NCBI RefSeq assembly: GCF_000012805.1 | Contig: NC_007484.1 | Span: forward strand, 2,370,001 to 2,402,000 | Length of the DNA: 32,000 bases | Reading direction: 5' to 3' | DNA from: Nitrosococcus oceani ATCC 19707 | GTDB lineage: Bacteria > Pseudomonadota > Gammaproteobacteria > Nitrosococcales > Nitrosococcaceae | Shown here: in pieces, positions 14,753-25,161 of the stretch | Numbering within the stretch: position 1 is the first letter of the stretch | How the letters are laid out: each line of letters starts with the position of its first letter | Notes under the pieces: generated by a model | Seen by the model: only the letters and a program-made list of their open reading frames with translations | What the model was told of the DNA's origin: nothing | The model's database searches: none | Made by a program: the position numbers and the translations under genes

Positions 14753-17704
14753 ATGAATAATACCGCCATCATCAATCCCAAAACACGTTCTTCAACCCAT
14801 CCGGCATTTGACAGGATACGCAGTCAACCGATTGATTCTCTTAACCTTACTGTTGAGGAATACCGCCACCGAAAGACCGGCGCGAAACATTTCCATCTCG
14901 CCACGGATAACCCAGAAAATGTATTCTTGGTGGCTTTTCCCACAGTCCCCACGGATTCCACAGGGGTAGCTCATATTCTGGAGCATACTGTCCTGTGCGG
15001 GAGCAGAAATTATCCGGTGCGCGACCCTTTCTTTATGATGCTGCGGCGCTCCCTCAATACTTTCATGAATGCCTTTACCAGCGCCGACTGGACGGCCTAT
15101 CCCTTTGCCAGCAAAAATAAAAAAGATTTCAGCAACCTTCTAAAAATCTACCTGGACGCCGCCTTTTTCGCCCGCCTCCATCCCCTAGACTTTGCCCAGG
15201 AGGGGCACCGGGTGGAGTTCGAAAACCCCACTGATCCCGAGACCGATTTAGTATTTAAAGGCGTGGTATTCAATGAAATGAAGGGGGCCATGAGTTCGCC
15301 GGTGGCGACCCTTTGGCAAACCCTCTCCAGTCATCTGTTCCCTACGACGACCTATCACTATAACAGTGGGGGCGATCCAGAACGCATTCCCGACCTCAGC
15401 CATGAACAACTCAAGAGTTTCTACCAAACCCATTACCATCCCTCCAATGCGGTGTTCATGACTTTTGGCGACATCCCAGCTCAGGAACACCACCAAGCGT
15501 TCGAATCCCAAGCTCTCTCCGAGTTTGATCGGCTTGAGATGAAGCTTAACGTGGGGGATGAAAAACGCTACTCCGCGCCGCTGCGAGTAGAAGAAAGCTA
15601 TGCCCTGGAAACCGAGGACGCGGCCAATAAAACCCACATTGTACTGGGCTGGTTGCTCGGCCGAAGCACCGACCTAGAGGAGCAACTCAAGGCCCATCTG
15701 CTTTCCGGCGTATTACTGGATAATAGCGCCTCCCCCTTGCGCCATGCCCTGGAGACTTGCGGCCTGGGCGCCGCCCCTTCTCCCCTGTGCGGCCTGGAGG
15801 ATAACAACCGTGAAATGAGTTTTATCTGCGGCCTTGAGGGGACTCAGCCGGAGCATGCCGAGGCGCTGGAACAACGGGTGCTAGAAGTCCTGCGAGAAGT
15901 GGCCGAACAAGGCGTTCCCCAGGAACAAGTTGAAGCCGTGCTGCACCAATTGGAACTGCATCAACGGGAGATCGGTGGCGATGGAATGCCCTATGGCCTT
16001 CAGCTGATACTCGAAGGGCTATCGAGCGCTATTCACAATGGCGACCCCGTAGCTCTACTCAATCTCGATCCGGTGCTGGAAAAACTGCGCCAGGAGATCA
16101 AAGACCCTGGTTTCATTAAGAGTTTGGTACAGGAGAATCTTCTTGGCAACCTTCACCGGGTACGCTTGACCCTCAAGCCTGATCCTAGCCTCGGCGCCCG
16201 CCGCGCTAAAGCGGAAAAAGCCCGCCTCGCGGCCTTGAAGGCAGCCATGGACGAGGAGCAAAAAGCAGCCGTGGTAAAACTGGCTGCCGAGCTTGCGGCC
16301 CGCCAACAACAGCCAGATGACCCGGATTTTCTGCCCAAGGTGGGGATCGAAGACATTCCCGCTACCCTTTCCATTCCCCAGGGTATTCCGGAAACGGCTG
16401 GTAACCTACCGGCCACCTTTTTTGCTCAGGGCACGAATGGCTTGGCATATCAACAGATCGTCATTGACATGCCCCACCTGGAAGATGAACTGCTGGAGGT
16501 ATTACCCCATTATACCGCCTGTCTCACGGAATTGGGGGTCGGCAACCGGGATTACCGTCAAACCCAAGCTTGGCAAGATAGCATCAGTGGTGGCATCAAC
16601 GCCAGCACCACCTTGCGGGGCCAAATAGACAATGTCCAACAGGTAAATGGCCATTTTGTCCTGTCCAGTAAAGCCCTCGCTGCTAACCATGCGCAACTCA
16701 CCGAGCTCCTGCAAACCACACTGGGGGAGGTGCGATTTGATGAACTGGACCACCTCCGGGAAGTGATTGCCCAGCGCCGGGCCGAGTGGGAAGATCAGAT
16801 CACCGGCAGTGGCCATGCCCTCGCCATGGCAGCGGCGGCCAGCGGGATGAGTCCAACCGCCGCCCTGACCCATCGCCTGACCGGGCTGGCGGGAATTTCC
16901 TTGCTGCAACAACTGGATGAAAGTCTCGACAGTAAAGCCGCCCGCCAAGCGCTAGCCGATAAATTCCGCCATATCCACGATCGCCTCCTCGCCGCTCCCC
17001 GTCAGTGGTTACTCATCGGCGAACAAGAATATCGCTCAGAATTTTTAGCGGCCTTGAGTCAGCGCGGATCTTCCAATTCAGAAACCGGAACGAAGTTTAC
17101 CCCTTTGCGCCTGCCAGAAGTGCGCGCTTCCGTGGGCCAAGCCTGGACCACGAGCACGCAAGTTAATTTCTGTGCTAAGGCTTATCCTACCGTGCCTGTC
17201 GGCCATTCCGATGCGGCAGCCCTTACGGTACTGGGAGGATTCCTCCGCAATAACTACCTTCACCGGGCCATTCGCGAACAGGGTGGCGCCTATGGCGGCG
17301 GCGCCGGGCAAGATTCGGACAGCGCGGCTTTTCGATTCTTTTCCTATCGGGACCCACGTCTCGCCGAGACCTTGGAGGATTTTGACCGATCAGTACAATG
17401 GTTGCTGGAAAACGACCATGAATGGCGCCTTGTGGAAGAAGCGATTCTCGGAGTCATCAGCGCCATCGACAAACCCAAATCACCTTCTGGTGACGCCAAG
17501 AGCGCCTTCTATAACAGCCTTTACGGCCGCACCCCTGAGCAGCGCCGCCGCTTCCGGAGCCAAATACTGGAGGTGCGTCTTGAAGATCTTAAACGGGTTG
17601 CTGAAAACTACCTCAAGCCGGAGAATGCCAGCATTGCCGTGCTTACCAATGCTACCCAGCTTGAACAGCTGGCTGGGCTGGAGTTGGTCACCTATAAAGT
17701 ATGA
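14753..17704 (+). CDS. M16-family zinc metalloprotease, PreP/M16C-like (about 983 aa)
   Basis: Inverted zinc-binding motif HILEHTVLCGS (HxxEH), downstream NAFTSADWTAYPF and FNEMKG, and a four-domain length typical of presequence-protease-like enzymes. The ATG at 14753 is chosen because the ORF-track start (14627) lies inside the HAD gene. Confidence 0.9.
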   Translation: MNNTAIINPKTRSSTHPAFDRIRSQPIDSLNLTVEEYRHRKTGAKHFHLATDNPENVFLVAFPTVPTDSTGVAHILEHTVLCGSRNYPVRDPFFMMLRRSLNTFMNAFTSADWTAYPFASKNKKDFSNLLKIYLDAAFFARLHPLDFAQEGHRVEFENPTDPETDLVFKGVVFNEMKGAMSSPVATLWQTLSSHLFPTTTYHYNSGGDPERIPDLSHEQLKSFYQTHYHPSNAVFMTFGDIPAQEHHQAFESQALSEFDRLEMKLNVGDEKRYSAPLRVEESYALETEDAANKTHIVLGWLLGRSTDLEEQLKAHLLSGVLLDNSASPLRHALETCGLGAAPSPLCGLEDNNREMSFICGLEGTQPEHAEALEQRVLEVLREVAEQGVPQEQVEAVLHQLELHQREIGGDGMPYGLQLILEGLSSAIHNGDPVALLNLDPVLEKLRQEIKDPGFIKSLVQENLLGNLHRVRLTLKPDPSLGARRAKAEKARLAALKAAMDEEQKAAVVKLAAELAARQQQPDDPDFLPKVGIEDIPATLSIPQGIPETAGNLPATFFAQGTNGLAYQQIVIDMPHLEDELLEVLPHYTACLTELGVGNRDYRQTQAWQDSISGGINASTTLRGQIDNVQQVNGHFVLSSKALAANHAQLTELLQTTLGEVRFDELDHLREVIAQRRAEWEDQITGSGHALAMAAAASGMSPTAALTHRLTGLAGISLLQQLDESLDSKAARQALADKFRHIHDRLLAAPRQWLLIGEQEYRSEFLAALSQRGSSNSETGTKFTPLRLPEVRASVGQAWTTSTQVNFCAKAYPTVPVGHSDAAALTVLGGFLRNNYLHRAIREQGGAYGGGAGQDSDSAAFRFFSYRDPRLAETLEDFDRSVQWLLENDHEWRLVEEAILGVISAIDKPKSPSGDAKSAFYNSLYGRTPEQRRRFRSQILEVRLEDLKRVAENYLKPENASIAVLTNATQLEQLAGLELVTYKV

Positions 17705-17726
17705 CGAGAACTGCAACTGAGCGACC

Positions 17727-18584
17727 ATGCAGGTAGGCTTTATTGGCTTGGGCGCCATGGGCCTTCCCATGGCCCGAAACCTGGCAGAAGGAGGCTTTCT
17801 TAAGGCTGTCTGGAACAGAACCCAGGCAACAGCAGAAACGCTGGCTCAAGAATTAAAGATAACCCATGCACGCGAACCGGCGGAATTGGCCGGGGCGGTG
17901 GAGGCAATATTCATGTGCGTCTCCACGGACAAAGACGTGCTCACCCTGCTGGAAGCCCTCCTCCCCGGTCTTGCCCCCGGCAAAATAATAGTAGATTTCT
18001 CCACGGTGAGCCGGGAAACCGCCCGCCGCGCCGCAACTATCGTCCGCAGCGAAGGCGCTGATTTTTTAGACTCTCCGGTCTCGGGCGGCGTGGAGGGCGC
18101 CCGCAACGGCACCTTGGCGATGATGGTGGGAGGCCGTGGAGCAACCTTGGCAAAAGTCCAGCTAGCGCTCAAAACCCTAGCTAGCCGCATCGTGCATATG
18201 GGCGAAGCCGGTACCGGCCAGGCCACCAAGGCGGTGAATCAGATCATGGCGGCGGGAATCAACGAGGCGGTCACCGAGGCTCTGGCCTTTGGCAAAGCCC
18301 AGGGTTTAGACATGGAAAAAGTGATTGATGTCGTCTCCAGCGGCGCCGCTGGCAACTGGTTTCTAGAAAAACGCGGCAAGACCATGACCCAGGGCATATT
18401 TACTCCTGGTTTTAAAATTTCCCTGCACCATAAGGATCTTCGCATTTGCCGGGCAATGGCGAAGCGGCTTGGCTTTCCCCTGCCCATTACCGAAATAACT
18501 CTTGCCGATTATCAGCGCCTGCTGGAAAAAGGATTGGGCGATGAAGACATCTCCGCTTTGTACCGTCTTAAGCGACCTGATTAA
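17727..18584 (+). CDS. NAD(P)-dependent oxidoreductase, 3-hydroxyisobutyrate dehydrogenase / 2-hydroxy-3-oxopropionate reductase family
   Basis: N-terminal VGFIGLGAMGLPMARNL Rossmann motif; DSPVSGG; catalytic-region KAVNQIM; 285 aa. Confidence 0.88.
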   Translation: MQVGFIGLGAMGLPMARNLAEGGFLKAVWNRTQATAETLAQELKITHAREPAELAGAVEAIFMCVSTDKDVLTLLEALLPGLAPGKIIVDFSTVSRETARRAATIVRSEGADFLDSPVSGGVEGARNGTLAMMVGGRGATLAKVQLALKTLASRIVHMGEAGTGQATKAVNQIMAAGINEAVTEALAFGKAQGLDMEKVIDVVSSGAAGNWFLEKRGKTMTQGIFTPGFKISLHHKDLRICRAMAKRLGFPLPITEITLADYQRLLEKGLGDEDISALYRLKRPD

Positions 18585-18631
18585 GCCCCAGGGGAAAATT
18601 TTTTGAAGCCTCTCCTGGGGGAGACCAACCG

Positions 18632-19303
18632 ATGAGGCTAATTAGGAGGCATGTTGATCTCGTCCTCATGCTTATTCTGGGTTTAATCTTCCTCCTCTTT
18701 CCCACCCTGGACTTAACAGTCAGCGGCTGGTTCTATCAACCATCACTCGGCTTTTTCCTGGCGAAAGAAACACTATTCGTTTTTCTCTACGAACTTGTTC
18801 CCGCCATGGTCCACCTGCTTGAAATTGCCCTCCCCCTTATTATCTTGCTCAGCTTCAATCCATTGCAACGTTATCTCGTAGCTCATAGAAAACCCGCGGT
18901 CTATCTTGCCTTGGTACTGCTGCTTGGGCCTGGATTGCTGGTCAACGAGGTATTCAAAAACCACTGGGATCGGGCGCGCCCCAAGCAGATCGTCGAGTTT
19001 GGCGGGGATAAAATTTTTACCGCGGCAGGCGTACCAAGCGATCAATGTGAACGTAATTGCTCCTTCGTCTGCGGTCATGCCTCCATGGGTTTTTATTTCT
19101 TAAGCTTTGGCTATCTCTTTCCAAGGCAACGCCGGAGATGGCTGGGAATCGGGATCGGTTTGGGCGGTCTCATCGGGTTAGCGCGCATTGCCCAGGGCGC
19201 CCACTTTATGAGTGATGTGGTGTTCTCTTTCTTTGCCGTCTATTTCACCGCCAAACTGGTATATGCCTTGATTGAAAATAAAGAAAGAGGTATCCAGAGC
19301 TAA
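18632..19303 (+). CDS. PAP2-family membrane phosphatase
   Basis: Acid-phosphatase motifs KNHWDRARP (KxxxxxxRP), CGHAS (SGH-like) and ARIAQGAHFMSDV (SRxxxxxHxxxD), with multiple TM helices. SD GGGGGAG upstream. Confidence 0.85.
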   Translation: MRLIRRHVDLVLMLILGLIFLLFPTLDLTVSGWFYQPSLGFFLAKETLFVFLYELVPAMVHLLEIALPLIILLSFNPLQRYLVAHRKPAVYLALVLLLGPGLLVNEVFKNHWDRARPKQIVEFGGDKIFTAAGVPSDQCERNCSFVCGHASMGFYFLSFGYLFPRQRRRWLGIGIGLGGLIGLARIAQGAHFMSDVVFSFFAVYFTAKLVYALIENKERGIQS

Positions 19304-19305
19304 AG

Positions 19306-19326
19306 ACAAAGGCGCCGCCTTTTGTT
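19306..19326 (+). terminator. weak stem-loop after the PAP2 gene
   Basis: ACAAAGG-CGCCG-CCTTTTGT followed by TAAA. The stem is short, so this is at most a weak terminator. Confidence 0.3.
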
Positions 19327-19361
19327 AAACTCCCATCCCCTTAAAGGCAGTATAAAAGCGC

Positions 19362-19778
19362 ATGGCTGCCTTAAAAATTCTCTTGGGAAGGACAACAATC
19401 ATCGTGGCTAAATTTCTTATCAGCACAGGCGCCTTCATCGCTGCCTTGGGTATCGCTTTCGGCGCTTTCGGCGCCCATGGACTGCGGGCCAAACTTGAGC
19501 CCCGCATGCTGGAAGTCTGGCAAACCGGTGTTGAATACCACATGTATCATGCTTTGGGCCTCATTTTAATTGGCATGATTTCCCATTGGCTAGGAAGCAG
19601 CGCCTTAATCAAATGGTCGGGAGGCTTGATGCTTGCGGGTATCCTCCTGTTCTCTGGCAGTCTCTATGTATTGGCGCTCACGGGAGCAGGCTGGCTAGGC
19701 GCTATTGCCCCTTTAGGGGGAAGCAGCTTTATTATTGCCTGGATATTGCTTGCGGTGGCCCTGTTGCGCACCAGTTAA
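19362..19778 (+). CDS. DUF423-domain membrane protein (YgdD/TMEM256 family)
   Basis: AFGAFGAHGL...W.TGVEYHMYHALGL and four TM helices. An alternative GTG start at 19404 (GGAAGGA upstream) would give the more typical length of about 124 aa. Confidence 0.8.
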   Translation: MAALKILLGRTTIIVAKFLISTGAFIAALGIAFGAFGAHGLRAKLEPRMLEVWQTGVEYHMYHALGLILIGMISHWLGSSALIKWSGGLMLAGILLFSGSLYVLALTGAGWLGAIAPLGGSSFIIAWILLAVALLRTS

Positions 19779-19934
19779 GGTGCCAGGAGTCAACTAACCA
19801 GTATTAGCCATTCCCTTTTATCTCTATACCGAAACTCTTTTACGAATAGTCTCGTATTTATAATCTCTTGTTGAACTAGCTACGGAACAGCGCTGTCCGA
19901 AAGCACAGAAATACAGCAAGGAGGGATGCTTTTC

Positions 19935-20594
19935 ATGTTTAAAATTCACCCAAAAATAGAAATACCGGCTGCCGAAGAGGCGCTGCCAGGCCGAGCGGAA
20001 AAAATGCCAGTCCCACAACAGCATTATGTCAATGGTCACCCCCTCACCCCCCCTTTCCCCGAGGGCATGGAACAAGCCCTCTTCGGGATGGGCTGCTTTT
20101 GGGGCGCGGAACGCAAATTCTGGCAAACGGAAGGCGTTTACACCAGCGCGGTAGGGTATGCGGGCGGCCATACGCCCAATCCTACTTATGAACAAGTCTG
20201 CACGGGCATGACCGGCCATACCGAGGCAGTGCGGGTGGTGTACGATCCCAAAATCATCAGTTATCCGTCTCTGCTCAAGATTTTTTGGGAGTCCCATGAT
20301 CCGACCCAGGGCATGCGCCAGGGAAATGATGTGGGCACCCAATATCGCTCCGCCATCTATACTTATAACAACGCCCAAAAAACGGCGGCCGAAGCCTCAA
20401 GAAAAAACTACGAGAAAAATCTTCAGGAAGCAGGTTACGCCCCGATCACAACGGAAATTGGCCCAGCGCCGGAGTTTTACTACGCGGAATCCTATCATCA
20501 GCAGTATTTAGCCAAAAATCCAGGGGGATACTGCGGACTCGGCGGAACTGGAGTCGTCTGCCCAACCCAGATAGAGAGAAATTTAAGCGAATAA
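19935..20594 (+). CDS. msrA: peptide-methionine (S)-S-oxide reductase
   Basis: Active-site [13 protein letters not shown] and YHQQYL near the C-terminus. The ATG at 19935 lies 9 nt after the AAGGAGGG SD. The ATG at 19926 abuts the SD and is less likely. Confidence 0.92.
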   Translation: MFKIHPKIEIPAAEEALPGRAEKMPVPQQHYVNGHPLTPPFPEGMEQALFGMGCFWGAERKFWQTEGVYTSAVGYAGGHTPNPTYEQVCTGMTGHTEAVRVVYDPKIISYPSLLKIFWESHDPTQGMRQGNDVGTQYRSAIYTYNNAQKTAAEASRKNYEKNLQEAGYAPITTEIGPAPEFYYAESYHQQYLAKNPGGYCGLGGTGVVCPTQIERNLSE

Positions 20595-20620
20595 GCAAAG
20601 TAGCTCTGCTTTGCTTGTGC
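20594..20620. terminator. possible stem-loop between the convergent msrA and V-ATPase D genes
   Basis: AGCAAAG (20594-20600) pairs with CTTTGCT (20609-20615) around an 8-nt loop. There is no clear U-tract on either side. Confidence 0.3.
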
Positions 20621-20679
20621 TATCAAGACAGCATTTTTTCTCTCTAAGAAGACACCGTTTCACCCAGTAAGTACAATTC

Positions 20680-21297
20680 CTAACGTCCTTTCTTGCCCTG
20701 CTCCTGTAGCACCTTAATCTGAAATAAAGCGTTCCGCTCCTCTTCCTCTAAAGCCGACTGAATATAGCGAACAGCGGCTTGATAGCGAGGAATGACATTG
20801 TACTTGAGGGCATTAACCCGCTTCTGAGTCTTACGCTGTTCGGCCACCATACGGCGCAAAGAAGTTTCTGCTTCACCCAGCCGGGCTAGCACCATCGCCA
20901 GTTCCACTAGCTTGGACCGGGTCTCATCCAAACTCGCATCGGTCCAGAGCAAGCTGATGGGTTGCAGGGGCTGGCGTTCCACGGTGACCGCAGGGTATTC
21001 TACTCCCAAGCTGGAACGGGGGAGGATCTTCACGGAAAGGCCAGGATGTATGCCTTGGGCAGCCTGGCGTAACTGGCGGCTACTCATTCGCATGTGGGTA
21101 ATGGACAACCAGTAATAAGAATCATCCAGGGCGGCATGGGCTTCACGCCGTAATTGGCGGTAATGGGTTAAATGCTCATAAACCAACCGCGTCAACAGCT
21201 CCCGCTTGCGCTCCAATAAATCATGCCCCTCCTGCAAAAAGGCGACCTGACGCTTAAGATTAAGCAAGGCGCTCTTGGTGGGCGGCTGCTGGGCCAC
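20680..21297 (-). CDS. atpD: V/A-type ATPase subunit D
   Basis: PTKSALLNLKRQVAFLQEGHDLLERKRELL, the N-terminal coiled coil typical of subunit D. 205 aa. The GTG start overlaps the subunit B stop (TAGTG). Confidence 0.85.
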   Translation of the reverse strand: MAQQPPTKSALLNLKRQVAFLQEGHDLLERKRELLTRLVYEHLTHYRQLRREAHAALDDSYYWLSITHMRMSSRQLRQAAQGIHPGLSVKILPRSSLGVEYPAVTVERQPLQPISLLWTDASLDETRSKLVELAMVLARLGEAETSLRRMVAEQRKTQKRVNALKYNVIPRYQAAVRYIQSALEEEERNALFQIKVLQEQGKKGR

Positions 21298-22736
21298 TAG
21301 CTTTTCTCGGAAATTTCTTCGTGGGGAGAGTCCATCTTCGGGGCCTCACGCTCCGAGTCGCCTTCCCACTTATGATATTTTGCCAGATCCGCTTCCGTTA
21401 CCCGAGTAAGGGCAAACTGCGGGAGCAAGGAAAGCAAATCCCACGCCAAATCCAAAGTCTCAATAATAGAGCGATCTTCCTCCTCCCCTTGCTTGACGAA
21501 TCGCTGTTCAAATTGGCCGGCGAAATCAAGGAATTGCCGGTCCGACGGAGAAAGCTCCTCCGCACCGATAATAGAGGCTAAATTTCTTACTTCCAGCGCC
21601 TTGGCATAAGCGGCATAAAGCTGGCTCGCAACCCGGGGATGGTCTTCCCGGGTAGAATTCTTGCCAATCCCATCTTTCATCAAACGGGATAAGGAAGGGG
21701 GAATATTGACGGGAGGATAGATACCCTGATGGTGGAGTTCCCTGGAAAGCACGATTTGCCCTTCCGTAATATAGCCCGTCAAATCGGGAATGGGGTGGGT
21801 AATATCATCCGAGGGCATGGAAACTACCGGCACCATGGTGATAGAACCGCGTCGGTTCTTAATCCGCCCAGCACGCTCGTAAATCTCGGCGAGATCGGAA
21901 TAGAGATACCCTGGATAACCCTTACGGGAAGGCACATCACCCTTTGCCGTGGCCACCTCCCGCAGGGCTTCGGCGTAATGGGTCATGTCGGTCATCACCA
22001 CCAATACATGCAAGTCCTGCTCAAAAGCCAGGTACTCGGCGCAAGCCAGCGCGGTACGCGGCAAAAGCAAGCGTTTGATGGGGGGATCATCCGCCAAATT
22101 AAGATACATCACCACCTTGCCCAACACGCCGCTGTTCTCGAATTCTTCCTGAAAAAACCGGGCATCACTATAGGTCACCCCCATGGCGGCAAAAACCATG
22201 ACAAAGCGGGTCTCTTCACCCAACAGCTTGGCTTGGCGCACGATCTGAGCCGCCAAACGGTTGTGAGGAAGACCCGAGCCCGAGAAGATAGGTAGTTTTT
22301 GGCCCCGCACCAGGGAATTGAGGCCGTCAATCGCGGCAATTCCCGTCTGGATAAATTCTTGCGGATAAGCCCGGGCGACAGGATTAACGGGGGCGCCATT
22401 CACATTGCGTTTGAGGGGGGCAATCATAGGGGGGCGGTCATCCCGCGGGGCTCCCACGCCGTCGAAAATACGTCCCAAGACATCAGGCGATAAAGGAATC
22501 TCGAAAGGTTCTTCCAGAAATCGAACCCAAGTGCGCTCTAAATCCAGATCATCGGTGCCCTCAAAAACTTGGACCAACACCACTTCGCCGGAAGTAAAAA
22601 TCACCTGCCCATTGCGCCTCCGCCCCCGGTGATCCTTGACGATCACTCGCTCTCCAAAAGCACCGCCGGGAATATCCCGCATAAACAATAATCCCCCCCG
22701 GGCCGCGGAGGCGGTACGGTACTCTTTCTCTTTCAT
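21297..22736 (-). CDS. atpB: V/A-type ATPase subunit B (non-catalytic)
   Basis: KEYRT...GGLLFM...VQVFEGTDDLD, RGQKLPIFSGSGLPHN in the degenerate P-loop position, and PSLSRLM. 479 aa with an acidic C-terminal tail of about 25 aa. Confidence 0.92.
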   Translation of the reverse strand: MKEKEYRTASAARGGLLFMRDIPGGAFGERVIVKDHRGRRRNGQVIFTSGEVVLVQVFEGTDDLDLERTWVRFLEEPFEIPLSPDVLGRIFDGVGAPRDDRPPMIAPLKRNVNGAPVNPVARAYPQEFIQTGIAAIDGLNSLVRGQKLPIFSGSGLPHNRLAAQIVRQAKLLGEETRFVMVFAAMGVTYSDARFFQEEFENSGVLGKVVMYLNLADDPPIKRLLLPRTALACAEYLAFEQDLHVLVVMTDMTHYAEALREVATAKGDVPSRKGYPGYLYSDLAEIYERAGRIKNRRGSITMVPVVSMPSDDITHPIPDLTGYITEGQIVLSRELHHQGIYPPVNIPPSLSRLMKDGIGKNSTREDHPRVASQLYAAYAKALEVRNLASIIGAEELSPSDRQFLDFAGQFEQRFVKQGEEEDRSIIETLDLAWDLLSLLPQFALTRVTEADLAKYHKWEGDSEREAPKMDSPHEEISEKS

Positions 22737-22738
22737 CC

Positions 22739-24514
22739 CTAGATTTTTCCCGCCTCGGCATGTTCCCTGCCAAGCCGCCCGAAAGCTTCTTTTATTTCCT
22801 TAGTAAAATCCTGAAGTGTTTCCACTTGGGTATTTTTATAATCACTCTTGCAGCGCCTAGCGCGGGCCAGCACGGGAAGGCCCAAAAGCTCTTGCACCGG
22901 CACGCCTTGCTCTAGTAATTCGACGCCTTGATGATAAATTTGGAGCATCAAGTCCAGGAGGACAAACTGCTTCTCGGGGGCGCAAAAACTATCCACTGGG
23001 TCCAGGGCGCTTTGTTGCAACAGTCCTTCCTTAATCAGCGTTGCCCCTTCTAGAATCCAGCGCTGAGTTCCCGACAAAGCCTCGGGGCCTACCAGATTGA
23101 CAATCCGGGACAGTTCTTCCGCCTGGGTCAGCAAAGTCATGGCCTCGGCGCGTCCTGCCTGCCAATGTTTATCAATGTGTTCAGCCCACCAGCGGGCGGC
23201 CACGGGAATATCATCGGAAAAACTTTCTCGCCAGGACACGGCCGGGTAATGGCGGGCGTCCGCTAGGTCTTTTGAGAGCGCCCAAAAGGTCCGCACGATT
23301 TCCTTGGTATGACTAGTTACGGGTTCGGAAAAATCCCCCCCTGGCGGGGAGACCGCGCCAATGAGAGTCACCGAGCCTACGCTTCCCCCCAGGGTTTGAA
23401 CCCGCCCGGCACGCTCATAGAAGGCGGCCAGCCGGGAAGCTAAATAAGCCGGATAACCTTCCTCCACAGGCATCTGTCCGAGACGCCCCGCCACTTCCCG
23501 CAGGGCTTCGGCCCAGCGGCTGGTGGAATCGGCCACAATCACCACATCGTAGCCCTGGTCCCGGTAATACTCCCCCAGGGTTACACCGACATATAGGGAT
23601 GCCTCCCGGGCAACCACGGGCATATTCGAGGTATTGGCAACCAGCAAGGTCCGCTCCATCAAGGAGCGGCCGGTATGGGGATCAGTTAGCTCGGGAAAGG
23701 AATCCAGGACTTCAACCAACTCGTTGCCCCGCTCACCGCAACCCACATAAATGACGATATCGGCATTAGACCAGCGGGCAATTTGTTGCTGGACCATGGT
23801 TTTACCGGCGCCAAAAGGTCCAGGCACAGCCGCTTTGCCGCCTTTGAGCAGGGGGAAAAAAGTATCCAGTATCCGCTGACCGGTCATCAATGGCGACACC
23901 CCATGCTCCCGCTGCTGGTAGGGACGGGGGTTACGTACTGGCCAGCGATGGGAAAGCGTTAACGCCTGGGAGCGATGATCACCCATATCCAGGCGGGCAA
24001 TGACATCGCTCAATCGATACTCCCCTTCAGGGGCCAGCTCCAACAGTTCACCCGACAATCCAGGAGGAACCAGAATACGATGCTCAATAGTAGGGGTCTC
24101 CGGCACGGCGCCTAAACAAACGCCGCCGGTAACCGCCATGCCGGCAGCTAATTGGGGGTTGGGTTGAAAGCGCCAAACCCGCGCTTGCTCCAAACCCTGG
24201 ATCTGGATGCCACGGGAAATCCGATCCCCGCTGGCTTCCAGGAGACGGCCAAGGGGACGTTGTATCCCATCAAAAACTTGTCCCAGAAGGCCCGGTCCCA
24301 GTTCCACTGAGAGGGGATGGCCGAGCGCTTCGACTTCCTCCCCAGGGCGCACCGACTCAGTCCCCTCATAAACTTGAATCAGGGCCTCTTGGCCTTCCCT
24401 GCCAATGACTTCGCCCACCAAACCGAGAGTTCCAATTCGCACCTGCTCCCCATTGGGTACCTGGGGCAGACGCGCCCTCACCAGCGGACCATTGACTTCA
24501 AGCAGTTTTCCCAT
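22739..24514 (-). CDS. atpA: V/A-type ATPase catalytic subunit A
   Basis: Walker A GPFGAGKT, the non-homologous insert typical of V/A-type A subunits, SRWAEALRE and PPGGDFSEPVT. Confidence 0.93.
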   Translation of the reverse strand: MGKLLEVNGPLVRARLPQVPNGEQVRIGTLGLVGEVIGREGQEALIQVYEGTESVRPGEEVEALGHPLSVELGPGLLGQVFDGIQRPLGRLLEASGDRISRGIQIQGLEQARVWRFQPNPQLAAGMAVTGGVCLGAVPETPTIEHRILVPPGLSGELLELAPEGEYRLSDVIARLDMGDHRSQALTLSHRWPVRNPRPYQQREHGVSPLMTGQRILDTFFPLLKGGKAAVPGPFGAGKTMVQQQIARWSNADIVIYVGCGERGNELVEVLDSFPELTDPHTGRSLMERTLLVANTSNMPVVAREASLYVGVTLGEYYRDQGYDVVIVADSTSRWAEALREVAGRLGQMPVEEGYPAYLASRLAAFYERAGRVQTLGGSVGSVTLIGAVSPPGGDFSEPVTSHTKEIVRTFWALSKDLADARHYPAVSWRESFSDDIPVAARWWAEHIDKHWQAGRAEAMTLLTQAEELSRIVNLVGPEALSGTQRWILEGATLIKEGLLQQSALDPVDSFCAPEKQFVLLDLMLQIYHQGVELLEQGVPVQELLGLPVLARARRCKSDYKNTQVETLQDFTKEIKEAFGRLGREHAEAGKI

Positions 24515-24522
24515 GGAGTCCT

Positions 24523-25161
24523 CTATCCATGGAGACCGCTTGGAGGGACAAAAAGGCGCTCCATAATGCTTTGATGAAGTTCCTCCGCTAACCGCTCCAG
24601 GCGTCCTTCAAAAGTATTATCCACGCGGATGCGGCCATCTTTGCTCACCACCCGCACCCCACCACTGCAAGTGAGCGGTTCGGAGGATAAGACTACGCAC
24701 TTGTCCGATACCGCCTCCGCCGCAAAGGTTTTCCAGGTTTCTTGCAAACGCCCCAGGTCTTGCTGATTGATCTCGGCAATCAGCTCTTCCCGCTCGATAG
24801 CGGCGGCCCCCGCAGCTAGTAATCGCTGGAGCACAGGCAAATAACGGGACTTATCGGTGGCCAACACCTTACACTGGTGGCTAAGATTCTGAACTACCGC
24901 CTGTACCCATTCCCAACGGAGACGATCCAGTTTTCCCTGGAGCTTAAGCTCGCTTGCCTGCACCTGCCGCCGATAGACCCGCTCGGCCATCGCCTTGGCC
25001 GCCAGTATTTCCCGCTCTTCCCGAAGACGCAGACGTTCATTAGCCTCTTCAATAATGCGGTCACGGCTATGTTGCGCCCGGGATAAATATTCTTCGGCCA
25101 GGCGCTTGGCCCGGGCCAGGAGAGCGGCTTCCAAAGTTTCCACACTGGCCTCGGCAGTCAT
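24523..25161 (-). CDS. atpE: V/A-type ATPase subunit E (peripheral stalk)
   Basis: Long N-terminal helix (LLARAKRLAEEYLSRAQHSRDRIIEEANERLRLREEREI...) and a C-terminal globular part ending VDNTFEGRLERL. The ATG at 25161 overlaps the subunit F stop (ATGA). The ORF-track extension to 25314 lies inside the F gene. Confidence 0.8.
   Translation of the reverse strand: MTAEASVETLEAALLARAKRLAEEYLSRAQHSRDRIIEEANERLRLREEREILAAKAMAERVYRRQVQASELKLQGKLDRLRWEWVQAVVQNLSHQCKVLATDKSRYLPVLQRLLAAGAAAIEREELIAEINQQDLGRLQETWKTFAAEAVSDKCVVLSSEPLTCSGGVRVVSKDGRIRVDNTFEGRLERLAEELHQSIMERLFVPPSGLHG

Noticed and set aside
15248-17770. Several 64-182-aa ORFs on both strands (e.g. 16502-16948, 17172-17720, 17480-17770)
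   Set aside because: They are shadow frames inside the M16 protease and oxidoreductase genes.
19824-20378. 184-aa minus-strand ORF
   Set aside because: It is entirely antisense to msrA, whose identity is secure (GCFWG active site). It has no SD and no recognisable motif.
21729-22295. 188-aa plus-strand ORF, plus other plus-strand ORFs across 20912-29492
   Set aside because: They are antisense to V-ATPase subunit genes with clear signatures, and show no independent signals.
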